This document shows positions 26,278 through 35,440 of a stretch of DNA of 64,000 nt, one piece after another (positions within the stretch are counted from its first letter, which is position 1; the number at the start of each line of letters is the position of its first letter). The DNA lies in the NCBI GenBank assembly GCA_963600795.1, contig CAVCDF010000108.1:3971-67970 (forward strand), given 5' to 3'. Made by a program: the position numbers and the translations under genes. The stretch comes from Anaerotignum sp. (GTDB taxonomy: Bacteria; Bacteroidota; Bacteroidia; Bacteroidales; UBA932). The notes under the pieces were generated by a model. The model was not told where the DNA came from, ran no database searches, and worked only from the letters and a program-made list of their open reading frames with translations.

Positions 26278-28398
26278 CTACAGTTCTTTGAGGAAGCGGG
26301 CCATCGCGGCGAGGAAGTCGGCACGATATTCATAAAGCGGGTCGTCGCGGTACTTCAGGTTGCTGAAGCCGTAGCCGTGGACACCGCCCGGGAAGGCGTG
26401 CATCTCGCAAGGCACCCCGCTGCTGACAAGCGCGTTGAAGTAGCGTATCTCGTTCTCCGGAGGGACACCGTGGTCGTTGGAACTGAACACGATGAAGGTC
26501 TTCGGCGTGTCGGCGCTGACCTGCTTGTCCAATGAATATCTTTCCAGAAGGGATGCGTAGGTCTTCTTGTCGGCGGTCCAGGTCTCGAAGTCTTTTCCCT
26601 TCCTGTCGTTCCATCTGCCGTAGGTGCCGATGAGGTTGTTGAAACTGCCTTCGTGCCCGACGCCAGGCTCGGATGAGATGACAGGATAGACAAGGACGGA
26701 GAAGTCAGGCTTGGTGATATCATCGACATACTGGGTCGAAACCGTGGCGGCGAGATGTCCGCCGGCGGAGAAGCCCATCACTCCGATCTGCTTCACGCCC
26801 CATTCCTCAGCGTAGTGGCGGCAGTAGCGGAACACGTTCTGGATGTCGGTCAGAGGCACGTTCCAGTGACCGTAAGGAAGTCTGTAATGCACGACGGCCG
26901 CGCTGATGCCCTGCGAGTTGAGCCACTCGGCGGCGTAACGGCCCTCCTGCGTGTAGGCGGTGACCCAGTACGAACCGCCCGGGCAGATGATGACCATCTT
27001 GCCGTTAGGGTTCTTCGCCAGATACAGTTCGAAGCGAGCGCTGTCACCGGTGAACTTGAGTTCTCTGCCGTTGTCCTGCTCCGGCTTGTTGATGCCGTTG
27101 GATTCGCCGGGACCGAGGGTTATGCCTTCGATGCCTTTGTCGACATTCTGTCCTTCAGGGTAGAGGTACACGACCTTGTCAGGTGTGAGCGGGAACTTCT
27201 CGCTGCCGCCCTTAGGGGCCTCCTTCTTGCCGTCAAGGCTGGCCAGCTGCTGGCCGAGCCATCTTTCAAGAGCCGCCGAGAACTCGGCCCTGCAGGAGCC
27301 GAGGTTGTCCTTGCAGACTTTCGGATCCAATCCTATGCCGAGGTCGGTGAAACCCCAGCCGTGGCCGCCCTTAGGGTAGACGTGGAGTTCGGAAGAGACT
27401 TTGTTCCTGACGAGAGCCTGGTAGAACTTTATTGAACTTATCACGGGCACGGTCTTGTCGTAGGTGCTGACTCCGATGAAGGTCGGCGGAGTCGTCGGAG
27501 TGACGCTGCGCCAGGTGGTGTACTCGCGGCACAGGTCCGAATATTCAGAAAGTCCGTCGTACCACTCCTGGAACGGCTTGCTCTCCCTTTCTTTCCACGA
27601 AGCCTCGCTGCCCAGGAGATTCTCCACCGTGCCTTTGTGCGTGGCGCTTTCGTCCATCAGGATGACAGGATAGATCAGAACCGAGAAATCCGGGCGGGTG
27701 AGCGAGTCCGTGTACATCGTGGTCACAGTGCTGGCAAGGTGTCCGCCGGCGGAGAAGCCGATGACTCCGATCTGCTTCACGCCCCAGTCCGAGGCGTGGT
27801 GGCGGCAGTAACGGAAGGCGTTCTGCACGTCCTGAAGCGGCACTTCGCGGTGACCGTTAGGAAGGCGGTACTTCACCACGGCGCAGGCTATACCCCTGTC
27901 GTTCATCCATTTGGCGAGGTAAGTGCCTTCGTTCCAGACTGAAAGTCCGCCGTATCCGCCGCCGGGACAGGAGACGATCATCTGGCCGTTCGGATGCTCC
28001 GGAAGGAATATGTCGACTCTGGCGCTGTCGGTGACATTGTTGACGAAGCCCCACTTGGCGGCCTGCTCCGGACCTTCCAGCCCGTTGGACACTTTCGGTC
28101 CCTGGGTGACGGCCACGCCGTTCTCGATGATGCCCTGGTCCACGTTCTGGCCCATCGGGTAGAGGTAGACGGTCTTTGTCGGTGAATATTCAAGGCCTGG
28201 TGTGGTCAGTGTCTTGAGTTTCTCTTCGACCGGGACAGCCTTCGCCCCCGGATTGACGTTCACCGCCGTGCCGTCAAGCACAGCGGCAGCCTGTTTTCCT
28301 TTGCTTTTCTTCTGGGCATCCGCCGCAGGTGCGGCCACCGCTGCCGCCATCACGGCCACGGCTCCGGCCAGAAGAACCCTTCTGATTGATGTTGACAT
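26278..28398 (-). CDS. Secreted esterase with two tandem alpha/beta-hydrolase (BD-FAE-like) domains
   Basis: Signal peptide; two sets of CPGG, GFSAGG, D..VP and H-G-(W/Y)-G. Confidence 0.88.
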   Translation of the reverse strand: MSTSIRRVLLAGAVAVMAAAVAAPAADAQKKSKGKQAAAVLDGTAVNVNPGAKAVPVEEKLKTLTTPGLEYSPTKTVYLYPMGQNVDQGIIENGVAVTQGPKVSNGLEGPEQAAKWGFVNNVTDSARVDIFLPEHPNGQMIVSCPGGGYGGLSVWNEGTYLAKWMNDRGIACAVVKYRLPNGHREVPLQDVQNAFRYCRHHASDWGVKQIGVIGFSAGGHLASTVTTMYTDSLTRPDFSVLIYPVILMDESATHKGTVENLLGSEASWKERESKPFQEWYDGLSEYSDLCREYTTWRSVTPTTPPTFIGVSTYDKTVPVISSIKFYQALVRNKVSSELHVYPKGGHGWGFTDLGIGLDPKVCKDNLGSCRAEFSAALERWLGQQLASLDGKKEAPKGGSEKFPLTPDKVVYLYPEGQNVDKGIEGITLGPGESNGINKPEQDNGRELKFTGDSARFELYLAKNPNGKMVIICPGGSYWVTAYTQEGRYAAEWLNSQGISAAVVHYRLPYGHWNVPLTDIQNVFRYCRHYAEEWGVKQIGVMGFSAGGHLAATVSTQYVDDITKPDFSVLVYPVISSEPGVGHEGSFNNLIGTYGRWNDRKGKDFETWTADKKTYASLLERYSLDKQVSADTPKTFIVFSSNDHGVPPENEIRYFNALVSSGVPCEMHAFPGGVHGYGFSNLKYRDDPLYEYRADFLAAMARFLKEL

Positions 28399-28632
28399 AT
28401 CGTTGGTGTTTCTGTGTGTCTTTTGTGTTTTTGTGTCTTTTCAATCCGCAAATATAAAATATAAATCGGAATTCCGCAGCCCCGAAATTGTCCGCTTCGT
28501 CCCCGGGGAACAGAATTGCAGAGAATGCCGATTCCGTCAACGCGACGTTCGGCTTGAACTGAATTTTGCCGTAGACGGCAAAGAGAAAGTGCGGTGCGTG
28601 ATTTTTCAGACAATAACCGATTCCCTGAACCG

Positions 28633-28669
28633 AAAAGGAGGGTGTGGCCGGAATCCGGTCACACCCTCC
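28633..28669 (-). terminator. Intrinsic terminator after the M16 peptidase
   Basis: ggagggtgtggccgga / tccggtcacaccctcc stem followed by TTTT on the minus strand. Confidence 0.75.
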
Positions 28670-28714
28670 CCTATCATTTTTCCGGACGGAAAGTCCGGGA
28701 ATATATTCACGAAA

Positions 28715-31537
28715 CTACTCCGCCTCCGTGGTCTCGCCCGGCATCATCACTACCTCGGCGAAGTTGCCGGAATTGTAGAGTCTGGCAGCGGCCTCGCGGA
28801 TGGCGTCCTTGGTCAGGGCGTTGACAGCCTCCTCCCATTCCTTGTCGTAATCGCTTCCGTAGCGGTACCATCCCATGATGTCACTGAGCCAGTGAGAGTT
28901 GTTGATTCTGCTCTCAGGGATGTTCTTCTTGAAGTTCTCGACGGTTCTCGTGAACTGCTCATCGGTCGGACCTTCTTCGGCAAGTTTTCTCACACCCTCC
29001 TTGGCGAGAGCGCGGAGCTTCTCGGCGAGAGCAGGCTTGCAGTTGAAAACGACCTGGAGAAGATACCTTCCGTCAGGCTCCCTGCGGGCATCGGCGACAG
29101 TCGAAGCGCCATAGGTACCGCCTTCATCTTCACGGAGAGTCTCGACATAGATCTGGTCGAGAATGTAGCTGACGGCGCTGGCAAGAGTCTGATCCTTGAC
29201 CGTGAACGGACTGTAGTCACTGTAGACGTGGAGAACGGTGGTCAGAGGGGTTTCCATCTTCTGGTCGAAGACATCGGAAACCACGCCCTTCACAAGCTCC
29301 GGCTGCACATTCTGCCACTTTGTGGCCTTCTTGCCCTTCGGAAGCGAACCGACATATTTCTCGACAAGAGGCTGGAGAGTCTCAAGATTGACGTCGCCGA
29401 CAATCACCATCACAGCTCCCGCCGCATCGGCGAAGAGTTTGCGGTAGTTCTTCTCGATAGCCTGGAGGCTGGCCTTCTCCACCTTTGCCATCGAGATGAC
29501 TTCGTTCCTCGGGTGGTTGTTGTACAGAGCCTTGACCAACTCCTTCTGGAGAGCGAAGTTAGGAGTGTTCTCGACGTTAGGGAGAACGGCCTTGATCTGC
29601 GCAATCGCATTGTCGTACTCCTCCTGGTCGAAACGAGGATCGACAAATTCAAGATAGAGAAGCTGGAAAGCTGTCTCGAGGTCCTTCACTGAAGAATTGC
29701 CGCCGATGCCGTGATAGAGTTCATCGATGTAAGGGTTGACGCTCACCATCTTGCCTGAAAGCATTTTGGTGACCTCGGTGTTCTTGAACTTGGAAACGCC
29801 CTGCATCGCCTGGAACGAACCGTAGATGCTGCTGTCGAACGAAGCGAGGTCCTCGTCGGAAATCAGGCTCTCGCCGCCGGCCTTGTAGAGATTGAACAGA
29901 ATCTGGTCCTTCTTGTACTCGGTAGGAAGCACGACGACCTTCACTCCGTTGGCAAGAGTCCACTGGGTGGCACCATAAATGGTGGTTGCCGTCTTCTTGA
30001 CCTTCGCTCCCTTGAGTGCGGACGGATCCATCAGCGGCTCGGAGGCGGTCTCCTGTGCAGGAGCCTCGATCTCGGAGTTCTTCACTTCATTCACAGCCTG
30101 AAGAAGCTGGTCGGCGGTAGGAGTGGCGACACCCTCCTTTTCTGCACCGTTGTAAAGGATGACAAGGTTACCTTCATCGGTAAACATCTGAGAGATGACC
30201 TGGTTCATGACCTGGGCGTTGATGTTGCCGAGAATGGTCTTGACGAGTTCGTATTTGACAGAAGGCTCCATATAGGCCTTGTTGTCGAAGAAATGGCTGA
30301 TCAGAGGCCTGACATATTCAGAATTCTTGCGGGTGTCGGCCTGGTTGGCGGCTCTCTCGTAGGAGGCGAGCAGGTTGTCCTTCGCCCTTGTGACCTCGCC
30401 CTCGGTCAGGCCGTATCTCTTGAACCTCTCGACCTCGGTCAGGAAGGCCTTGTAGCCTCCGAGGATGTTGTCCTCCTTAAGCGAAACGCCTGCATCCGTC
30501 GCCTCGAAAGCCTCGCAAAGCTTGCCGAAGCCGAAGCTGCCGCCAAGGAAAGGAGCGTCAGCCTTGGATGTGATGTCGTTGAATCTTTCGCTCATAGCGA
30601 CCTGGATGATATCTTCGATAAGGTCGACCATCAGACCTGATGCAGTAGAGTTGATGGCTTCGTCGCGGGCCTCGCTCTCCCAAAGCATCTCGATGGATGA
30701 TGATGTCGTCTCAGGGTCCGTGATGACGGCCACCCTCGGCTCGGTGAAAGGCTTGAACTCAATCTTGTCCTTCGCCTTAGGGTTCACCGCGGCCGGGATG
30801 TCGGCGAAGATGGACTTGATCTTGCCCTCAACGGAATCGACATCGACATCTCCCACCACTACCACGGCCTGCATGTCAGGACGGTACCACGTATGGTAGA
30901 AGTTCTCAAGGCTCTCCGGTTTGAACGACTCGAGGTTCTCCTTGCTGCCGATCAGGGTGCAGGTGGCGTACTTGGAGTCACCGTAAAGGTACGGAAGAGA
31001 CTTCTCGAACGTTCTCCAGCTGGCGTTTCTGCGGGAACGCCTCTCCTCGATGATGACCGGACGCTCCTTGTCGATCTCTTCCGGATCGTTGGTCACGAAA
31101 TGTGAATAGTCGTGGAGAATGAGAAGGCAGGAGTCGATGACTGTCTCCCTGACAAGAGGAATATTGTTGAGCATATACTGCGTCTGGTCGATCCCGGTCG
31201 AAGCGTTGACGTTGCCGCCGAAGGAAGCTCCGATGCTCTGCAGCCAGTTAAGGATTCCCTTGCCGGGGAAGTTCTTCGTGCCGTTGAAGCACATATGCTC
31301 GAGGAAGTGGGCGAGCCCGTCCTGGTCAGGAGTTTCCTGAATGGCTCCCACATTGGTCGCAAGGTAGAATTCGGCGCGGCCGGCCGGCTTGTCGTTGTGC
31401 CTGATGTAGTAGGTCAGGCCGTTTTCCAGCTTGCCGACCTTGACGGCCGGGTCGTTGGGCAGATCCATCTGCGCGTGAGCCTGAAACGCCGTAAGGGCGA
31501 ACAGGGATGCGGTGATAATCGCTAAAATTTTCTTCAT
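28715..31537 (-). CDS. M16 zinc peptidase (PqqL-like), secreted
   Basis: Signal peptide; GKLENGLTYYI, HFLEH inverted zincin motif, WYRPD, LREDEGGTY. Confidence 0.93.
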   Translation of the reverse strand: MKKILAIITASLFALTAFQAHAQMDLPNDPAVKVGKLENGLTYYIRHNDKPAGRAEFYLATNVGAIQETPDQDGLAHFLEHMCFNGTKNFPGKGILNWLQSIGASFGGNVNASTGIDQTQYMLNNIPLVRETVIDSCLLILHDYSHFVTNDPEEIDKERPVIIEERRSRRNASWRTFEKSLPYLYGDSKYATCTLIGSKENLESFKPESLENFYHTWYRPDMQAVVVVGDVDVDSVEGKIKSIFADIPAAVNPKAKDKIEFKPFTEPRVAVITDPETTSSSIEMLWESEARDEAINSTASGLMVDLIEDIIQVAMSERFNDITSKADAPFLGGSFGFGKLCEAFEATDAGVSLKEDNILGGYKAFLTEVERFKRYGLTEGEVTRAKDNLLASYERAANQADTRKNSEYVRPLISHFFDNKAYMEPSVKYELVKTILGNINAQVMNQVISQMFTDEGNLVILYNGAEKEGVATPTADQLLQAVNEVKNSEIEAPAQETASEPLMDPSALKGAKVKKTATTIYGATQWTLANGVKVVVLPTEYKKDQILFNLYKAGGESLISDEDLASFDSSIYGSFQAMQGVSKFKNTEVTKMLSGKMVSVNPYIDELYHGIGGNSSVKDLETAFQLLYLEFVDPRFDQEEYDNAIAQIKAVLPNVENTPNFALQKELVKALYNNHPRNEVISMAKVEKASLQAIEKNYRKLFADAAGAVMVIVGDVNLETLQPLVEKYVGSLPKGKKATKWQNVQPELVKGVVSDVFDQKMETPLTTVLHVYSDYSPFTVKDQTLASAVSYILDQIYVETLREDEGGTYGASTVADARREPDGRYLLQVVFNCKPALAEKLRALAKEGVRKLAEEGPTDEQFTRTVENFKKNIPESRINNSHWLSDIMGWYRYGSDYDKEWEEAVNALTKDAIREAAARLYNSGNFAEVVMMPGETTEAE

Positions 31538-31561
31538 GATTGAAAACTGATTGAATATAAC

Positions 31562-32182
31562 TTATGATTCTTTGATTTCTTCTATCTGGGCTATGATGCC
31601 GTTGATGCGTTTCTTCGAGTCCCTGCAGTAGATGATGCCGCAAACGGCTCCGATGATGCCGCCGATGGCACCTCCTATGACCATCGCCTGTGCCATTTCA
31701 CCTCCGCCGCGGAGTATAAGCCAGAAGAACACAGCGCACCAGACCACGACGACCGGGATGCTGAAGAAGGCCAGGGTACGGTTGTCGAACCGTTTGCAGT
31801 CCGCCATATTCCTGGCGACGGTCAGGACATCGCCGTTCATCACGTCATCCGACACATAGCGGCGGGTCCTGTAGACTGTAATCCCGACGCTGGCAAGGAG
31901 GAAAACTCCGGTCATCAAGAGGAACCACACGGGGAAAACTCCCGTGACGGCGGCCAGGAATATGATCAGAGGAATCGCGACCACGCCGATCGCCACGACC
32001 GTCCACTGGGTTTTCCTTTCCTTGGAATAATCCTTCTGCATCGCTCTGCGCATCATCTTTTCATTGAATATCTTCTGCTGTCTGAGCTGAGACCTGAAGC
32101 CGTCAAGTTCAGTACGCATCTGCTCGAGTTCTTCGATACCTATCTTCTCTTCCATAATCTTACGTTTTTGATAATCAGACAT
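31562..32182 (-). CDS. 4-TM membrane protein, candidate anti-sigma factor
   Basis: Overlaps the ECF sigma stop; short cytoplasmic N-terminus plus 4 hydrophobic segments. Alternative start at 32155. Confidence 0.6.
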   Translation of the reverse strand: MSDYQKRKIMEEKIGIEELEQMRTELDGFRSQLRQQKIFNEKMMRRAMQKDYSKERKTQWTVVAIGVVAIPLIIFLAAVTGVFPVWFLLMTGVFLLASVGITVYRTRRYVSDDVMNGDVLTVARNMADCKRFDNRTLAFFSIPVVVVWCAVFFWLILRGGGEMAQAMVIGGAIGGIIGAVCGIIYCRDSKKRINGIIAQIEEIKES

Positions 32183-32648
32183 TTTTCAACTGTTCCTTAA
32201 TCCTGACAAGGCGGACTGAAACGGCCTTTGACGAGATGCCGAGGATCTTTCCGATCTCATCGTAGCTGATGTCCTCCAGCCAGAGCAGCACGATGGCGCG
32301 GTCGAAAGGCTGCAGACGTCCGATACGTTCGTGGATCAGGTTCACCTGCCTGTTCTTCACGTCCGAGTCATCGAACGGAGAGATGTCCATAGTCAGCTGT
32401 TCGTGTCTGTGCCTTTTGTTCTTGCGCTCCTGCGAGATGCAGGTGTTTAGGCAGACTCTGTACACCCAGCCTCTCACATTGTCGGGCTCTATCCCGGAGT
32501 ACCCTTTCCAAAGATTGACGAGAGACTCCTGAAAGAGGTCGGCCACCTCGTCCTCATCTTTGGAAAACATGTAGCACACGGTGTAGATCGTGTCCTTGTT
32601 CTCCTCTACAAGCAGTTCAAATTGCCGTTTTGTCGATTCCATTGTCAT
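32175..32648 (-). CDS. ECF sigma-70 factor
   Basis: DLFQE..VNLWKG, WVYRVCLN, SYDEIGKILGIS...VRLVRIKEQL. Confidence 0.93.
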   Translation of the reverse strand: MTMESTKRQFELLVEENKDTIYTVCYMFSKDEDEVADLFQESLVNLWKGYSGIEPDNVRGWVYRVCLNTCISQERKNKRHRHEQLTMDISPFDDSDVKNRQVNLIHERIGRLQPFDRAIVLLWLEDISYDEIGKILGISSKAVSVRLVRIKEQLKNV

Positions 32649-32678
32649 TCTTGTTTTTTAGAAACGCTTCTGACATAC

Positions 32679-32706
32679 AAACGCAAGCAATGCCGGTTTT
32701 ACTACA
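32679..32706 (-). promoter_or_regulatory. Putative ECF-type autoregulatory promoter TGTAGT-N17-CGTTT
   Basis: ECF-like -35/-10 layout about 30 nt upstream of the sigma ATG. Confidence 0.45.
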
Positions 32707-32740
32707 AAAAAAGTAAGTTTTTTCGCAGCCGGGGCGGAAA

Positions 32741-32971
32741 TCACTGCCGCGGGACGGCGGGAACTGTCTCTTCTGAATATTCAAGGATGTCTCCAGGCTG
32801 GCAGTCGAGTGCCTTGCAGATCGCGTCCAAGGTGCTGAAACGCACTGCCTTGGCCTTGCCGGTCTTCAGGATTGACAGGTTCGCCGGAGTGATCCCCACC
32901 TTTTCAGCGAGCGCCGAGGAGGACATCTTCCTCTTCGCCAGCATCACATCCACATTGACAATTATCGGCAT
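32741..32971 (-). CDS. XRE/Cro HTH regulator, YozG-like (paralog 2)
   Basis: 76 aa, MPIIVNVDVMLAKRKM...NLSILKTGKAKAVRFSTL...CQPGDILEY. Confidence 0.9.
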   Translation of the reverse strand: MPIIVNVDVMLAKRKMSSSALAEKVGITPANLSILKTGKAKAVRFSTLDAICKALDCQPGDILEYSEETVPAVPRQ

Positions 32972-32991
32972 AAAGATTATGAATTTGGTTG

Positions 32992-33067
32992 CGAACTTAA
33001 GCCTATTTTCTCGTTTCACCAAATATTTTTCTCGTTTTTCAATAAAATCTTATTGAATATATTCAAT
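32992..33067. promoter_or_regulatory. XRE promoter (TTTG-N20-TAAGTTCG, minus strand) overlapped by 21-bp-phased operator-like sites and a 16-bp palindrome
   Basis: Sites start at 33008, 33029 and 33050; ATTGAATATATTCAAT at 33052-33067. Confidence 0.5.
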
Positions 33068-33171
33068 TCTCAGAAGGTTGAACATTCTGCTTCAGCCACT
33101 TCCGACTTTTCCGGAAATCTTTCGCACCCTCACTTGCATTTTCAGTCAAGGCTCGCTAACTTCGCGGGAGC

Positions 33172-33186
33172 ATAAGAAACGCTTAT
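33172..33186 (+). promoter_or_regulatory. LysR-type box ATAAG-N5-CTTAT
   Basis: T-N11-A inverted repeat between the -7 element (TAACTTCG, 33157) and the lysR ATG. Confidence 0.6.
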
Positions 33187-33190
33187 ACAC

Positions 33191-34015
33191 ATGTTGGAGG
33201 ATTTCAAACTGAAGGTTTTCCTGTCCGTGGCGGAAAAAGGCAACTTCACACTTGCGGCAAAAAGTCTGGGAATATCCCAACCTGCCGTCAGCCAGAACAT
33301 CGCCGAACTGGAACGCCTGACCGGAGCACAGCTGCTCGCCCGCAACCGGGGATCGGCGACCCTTACCGCGGCAGGCACGGCTTTCAAGGAATATGCGGAA
33401 AAGATTCTGTACTGGTGTTCAGCCACAGAGCGGATGTTCGGGCCTGAAGGGAAACTGACGGCAGCGCACCCTGTCACGATTGCGGCTGACGACTTCACCG
33501 CAAGTTCCCTCCTGCCGGACCTTCTTGCCAGAATCCTGGCGGCGAATCCGGCACTGGCGTTCAAGGTCGCGGACTGTGGAGAAGAAGCCGGACTGCGCCT
33601 TTACCACAAGGCGAACGCAGGGGAACTTTCGTTCGATGAAAGCGGGTCTTTTCTGACGAGCATACCGGCTATGGCGGTGGGATCCGACCAGACATATTCA
33701 CAGGCCGGGGACCTGCGCCTGCTGCCAGGGCGCGTCTCGCTGGCAGTCCACCGGGCATATTCAAGGATGCTCCCGACCGACCTGACCGCCCGCGTGGCCG
33801 TTGTGGCGGATTCGGCCACCGTTGCCTCCCTCGCTCTCCGGTCGCCTGACATAGTGGCCGTCCTGCCATCGTCCGCCGTTCCGGCAGGGCTGGTCAGACT
33901 GCCCGTCCTGCTTCCGGAACTGTCTATGGACATTCATCTGGAGGCAGGTCCCGATCCGGCCACGCAAGCAATGGCCGAGCGGATCCGAAGCCTCGCCGCA
34001 GAGAATAAACAGTAG
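33191..34015 (+). CDS. LysR-family regulator with divergent C-terminal domain
   Basis: HTH NFTLAAKSLGISQPAVSQNIAELE...LTAAG. Confidence 0.85.
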   Translation: MLEDFKLKVFLSVAEKGNFTLAAKSLGISQPAVSQNIAELERLTGAQLLARNRGSATLTAAGTAFKEYAEKILYWCSATERMFGPEGKLTAAHPVTIAADDFTASSLLPDLLARILAANPALAFKVADCGEEAGLRLYHKANAGELSFDESGSFLTSIPAMAVGSDQTYSQAGDLRLLPGRVSLAVHRAYSRMLPTDLTARVAVVADSATVASLALRSPDIVAVLPSSAVPAGLVRLPVLLPELSMDIHLEAGPDPATQAMAERIRSLAAENKQ

Positions 34016-34049
34016 AAGGCGGAAAATCCTGCCGGACTTCCCGCCTTCT
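34014..34049. terminator. Hairpin between convergent lysR and ferredoxin
   Basis: agaaggcgg...ccgccttct. Confidence 0.55.
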
Positions 34050-34070
34050 GTCACTGTCGTCTTGAAATGA

Positions 34071-34244
34071 CTACTCGGCCGGATGGATGGCACCCATAGG
34101 GCAAGCGTCAGCGCACGTGCCGCAGTCAACGCAGGCATCCGGGTCAATGGTGTAAACGTCACCTTCGTGGATAGCGCCCTGAGGGCACTCGCCTGCGCAA
34201 GTTCCGCAAGCTACGCAATCGGTTTCTGAAATCTTGTAAGCCAT
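34071..34244 (-). CDS. 2x[4Fe-4S] ferredoxin, 57 aa (missing from the ORF track)
   Basis: MAYKISETDCVACGTCAGECPQGAIHEGDVYTIDPDACVDCGTCADACPMGAIHPAE contains two CxxCxxCxxxCP motifs. Confidence 0.96.
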   Translation of the reverse strand: MAYKISETDCVACGTCAGECPQGAIHEGDVYTIDPDACVDCGTCADACPMGAIHPAE

Positions 34245-34333
34245 AATGCAAATTAAATTAATGTTCCTGTACCAATGCGGTTCCGCAGCCGTGCGCGGAA
34301 CCGTCTGACAAAGATAGATGATTTAACGAGAAA

Positions 34334-35440
34334 TCAAAAATAATTCAGGAGGGAACTGACGAGAAGCACCACGAGGGCGATGCATACCTTCACTGCCTTG
34401 GCCTTGATGAAGGAAGACTTGCTGTCCGCAAGCAGAGGCAATGAAGCGTGTCCGTCCTGCACGATGGAGTTGGCCAGCAGCACCTGGAACGGAATCACTC
34501 CGCCGGCGAAAAGGGTCACGAACACAAGATGCGGACCGGATTCCGGAACAAGGCCCACGAGAATGGCCAGAAGAATCATCAGAGCGGTGTTGTCGTTCAC
34601 CCACGCGGTAAGGTCGATGAAGCGGAACAGGATTCCTATGACAAGCAGAACGCCGAAGGTCCACGCGAATATGCTCGGGAGATGCCGCCGGACTATATGG
34701 TCCCAGAGATGCTCCTCCACAAAGTGGTCGGAGCCGAAAAGCAGCGCCGCCAGCACAACGAGGCTCAAGGCTCCGAACATCCAGAACATCCAGTCTTCGC
34801 TCAGAAGGTTCAGCCCGTCCGTTTCCACTTCCTCCCCTTCCTCAAGGACGCCAGACACGAGCGCGGCTATGAATATGGCCACGCCGGCGAACATCAGGAT
34901 CCTCTTCTTTCCGAAATGCCGAGTCCTGCGGAGTTCCCGGGGCTGTCCGGATGAATGGCTGTGGTCGTGTCCGTGGAGTTCAAAGGAATCCTCAAGTCTG
35001 GTCGGCAACGGTTTCCCTCCCTTCGAGAACCTGTCCACCAGCAGTCCGGTCACCACAGCGAGACAGAACAGAATCAGGAAAAGCCAGGCGGCCTTTCCGG
35101 GGAACAACGCGAGCATCATGAAGGATTCGTCTCCGGCCGTCGCGACCATCATCGCGACAAGGGCGCCGAAACTCAGCATACGGTGAGTGTACAGCGAGAC
35201 TGCGGCGAAACCGCCGACGCAGCCTGGGATGGAGCCGAGCAGCGCGGACACGAGCACCTGCACGAAACCGGATTTCTTGAGAGGTCTGAATATCCTTCCG
35301 TCAGACTCGACGTTGAAAGACTCGATGAGCATCATCATCACGACCACGAGACCGGATATGAGCACAGCCCCGCGGAAAGCCTCGAAAATGACCTGCAGGC
35401 TGTCCGTAAAAATATTCACCGGCATATTCAGATTATCCAT
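34334..35440 (-). CDS. Putative metal (Mn) transporter, DUF2899/ArsP_2-like permease
   Basis: Multi-TM; LGSIPGCVGGF, ATAGDE, VPESGPHL, QDGHASLPL; His-rich loop HGHDHSH. Confidence 0.72.
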   Translation of the reverse strand: MDNLNMPVNIFTDSLQVIFEAFRGAVLISGLVVVMMMLIESFNVESDGRIFRPLKKSGFVQVLVSALLGSIPGCVGGFAAVSLYTHRMLSFGALVAMMVATAGDESFMMLALFPGKAAWLFLILFCLAVVTGLLVDRFSKGGKPLPTRLEDSFELHGHDHSHSSGQPRELRRTRHFGKKRILMFAGVAIFIAALVSGVLEEGEEVETDGLNLLSEDWMFWMFGALSLVVLAALLFGSDHFVEEHLWDHIVRRHLPSIFAWTFGVLLVIGILFRFIDLTAWVNDNTALMILLAILVGLVPESGPHLVFVTLFAGGVIPFQVLLANSIVQDGHASLPLLADSKSSFIKAKAVKVCIALVVLLVSSLLNYF

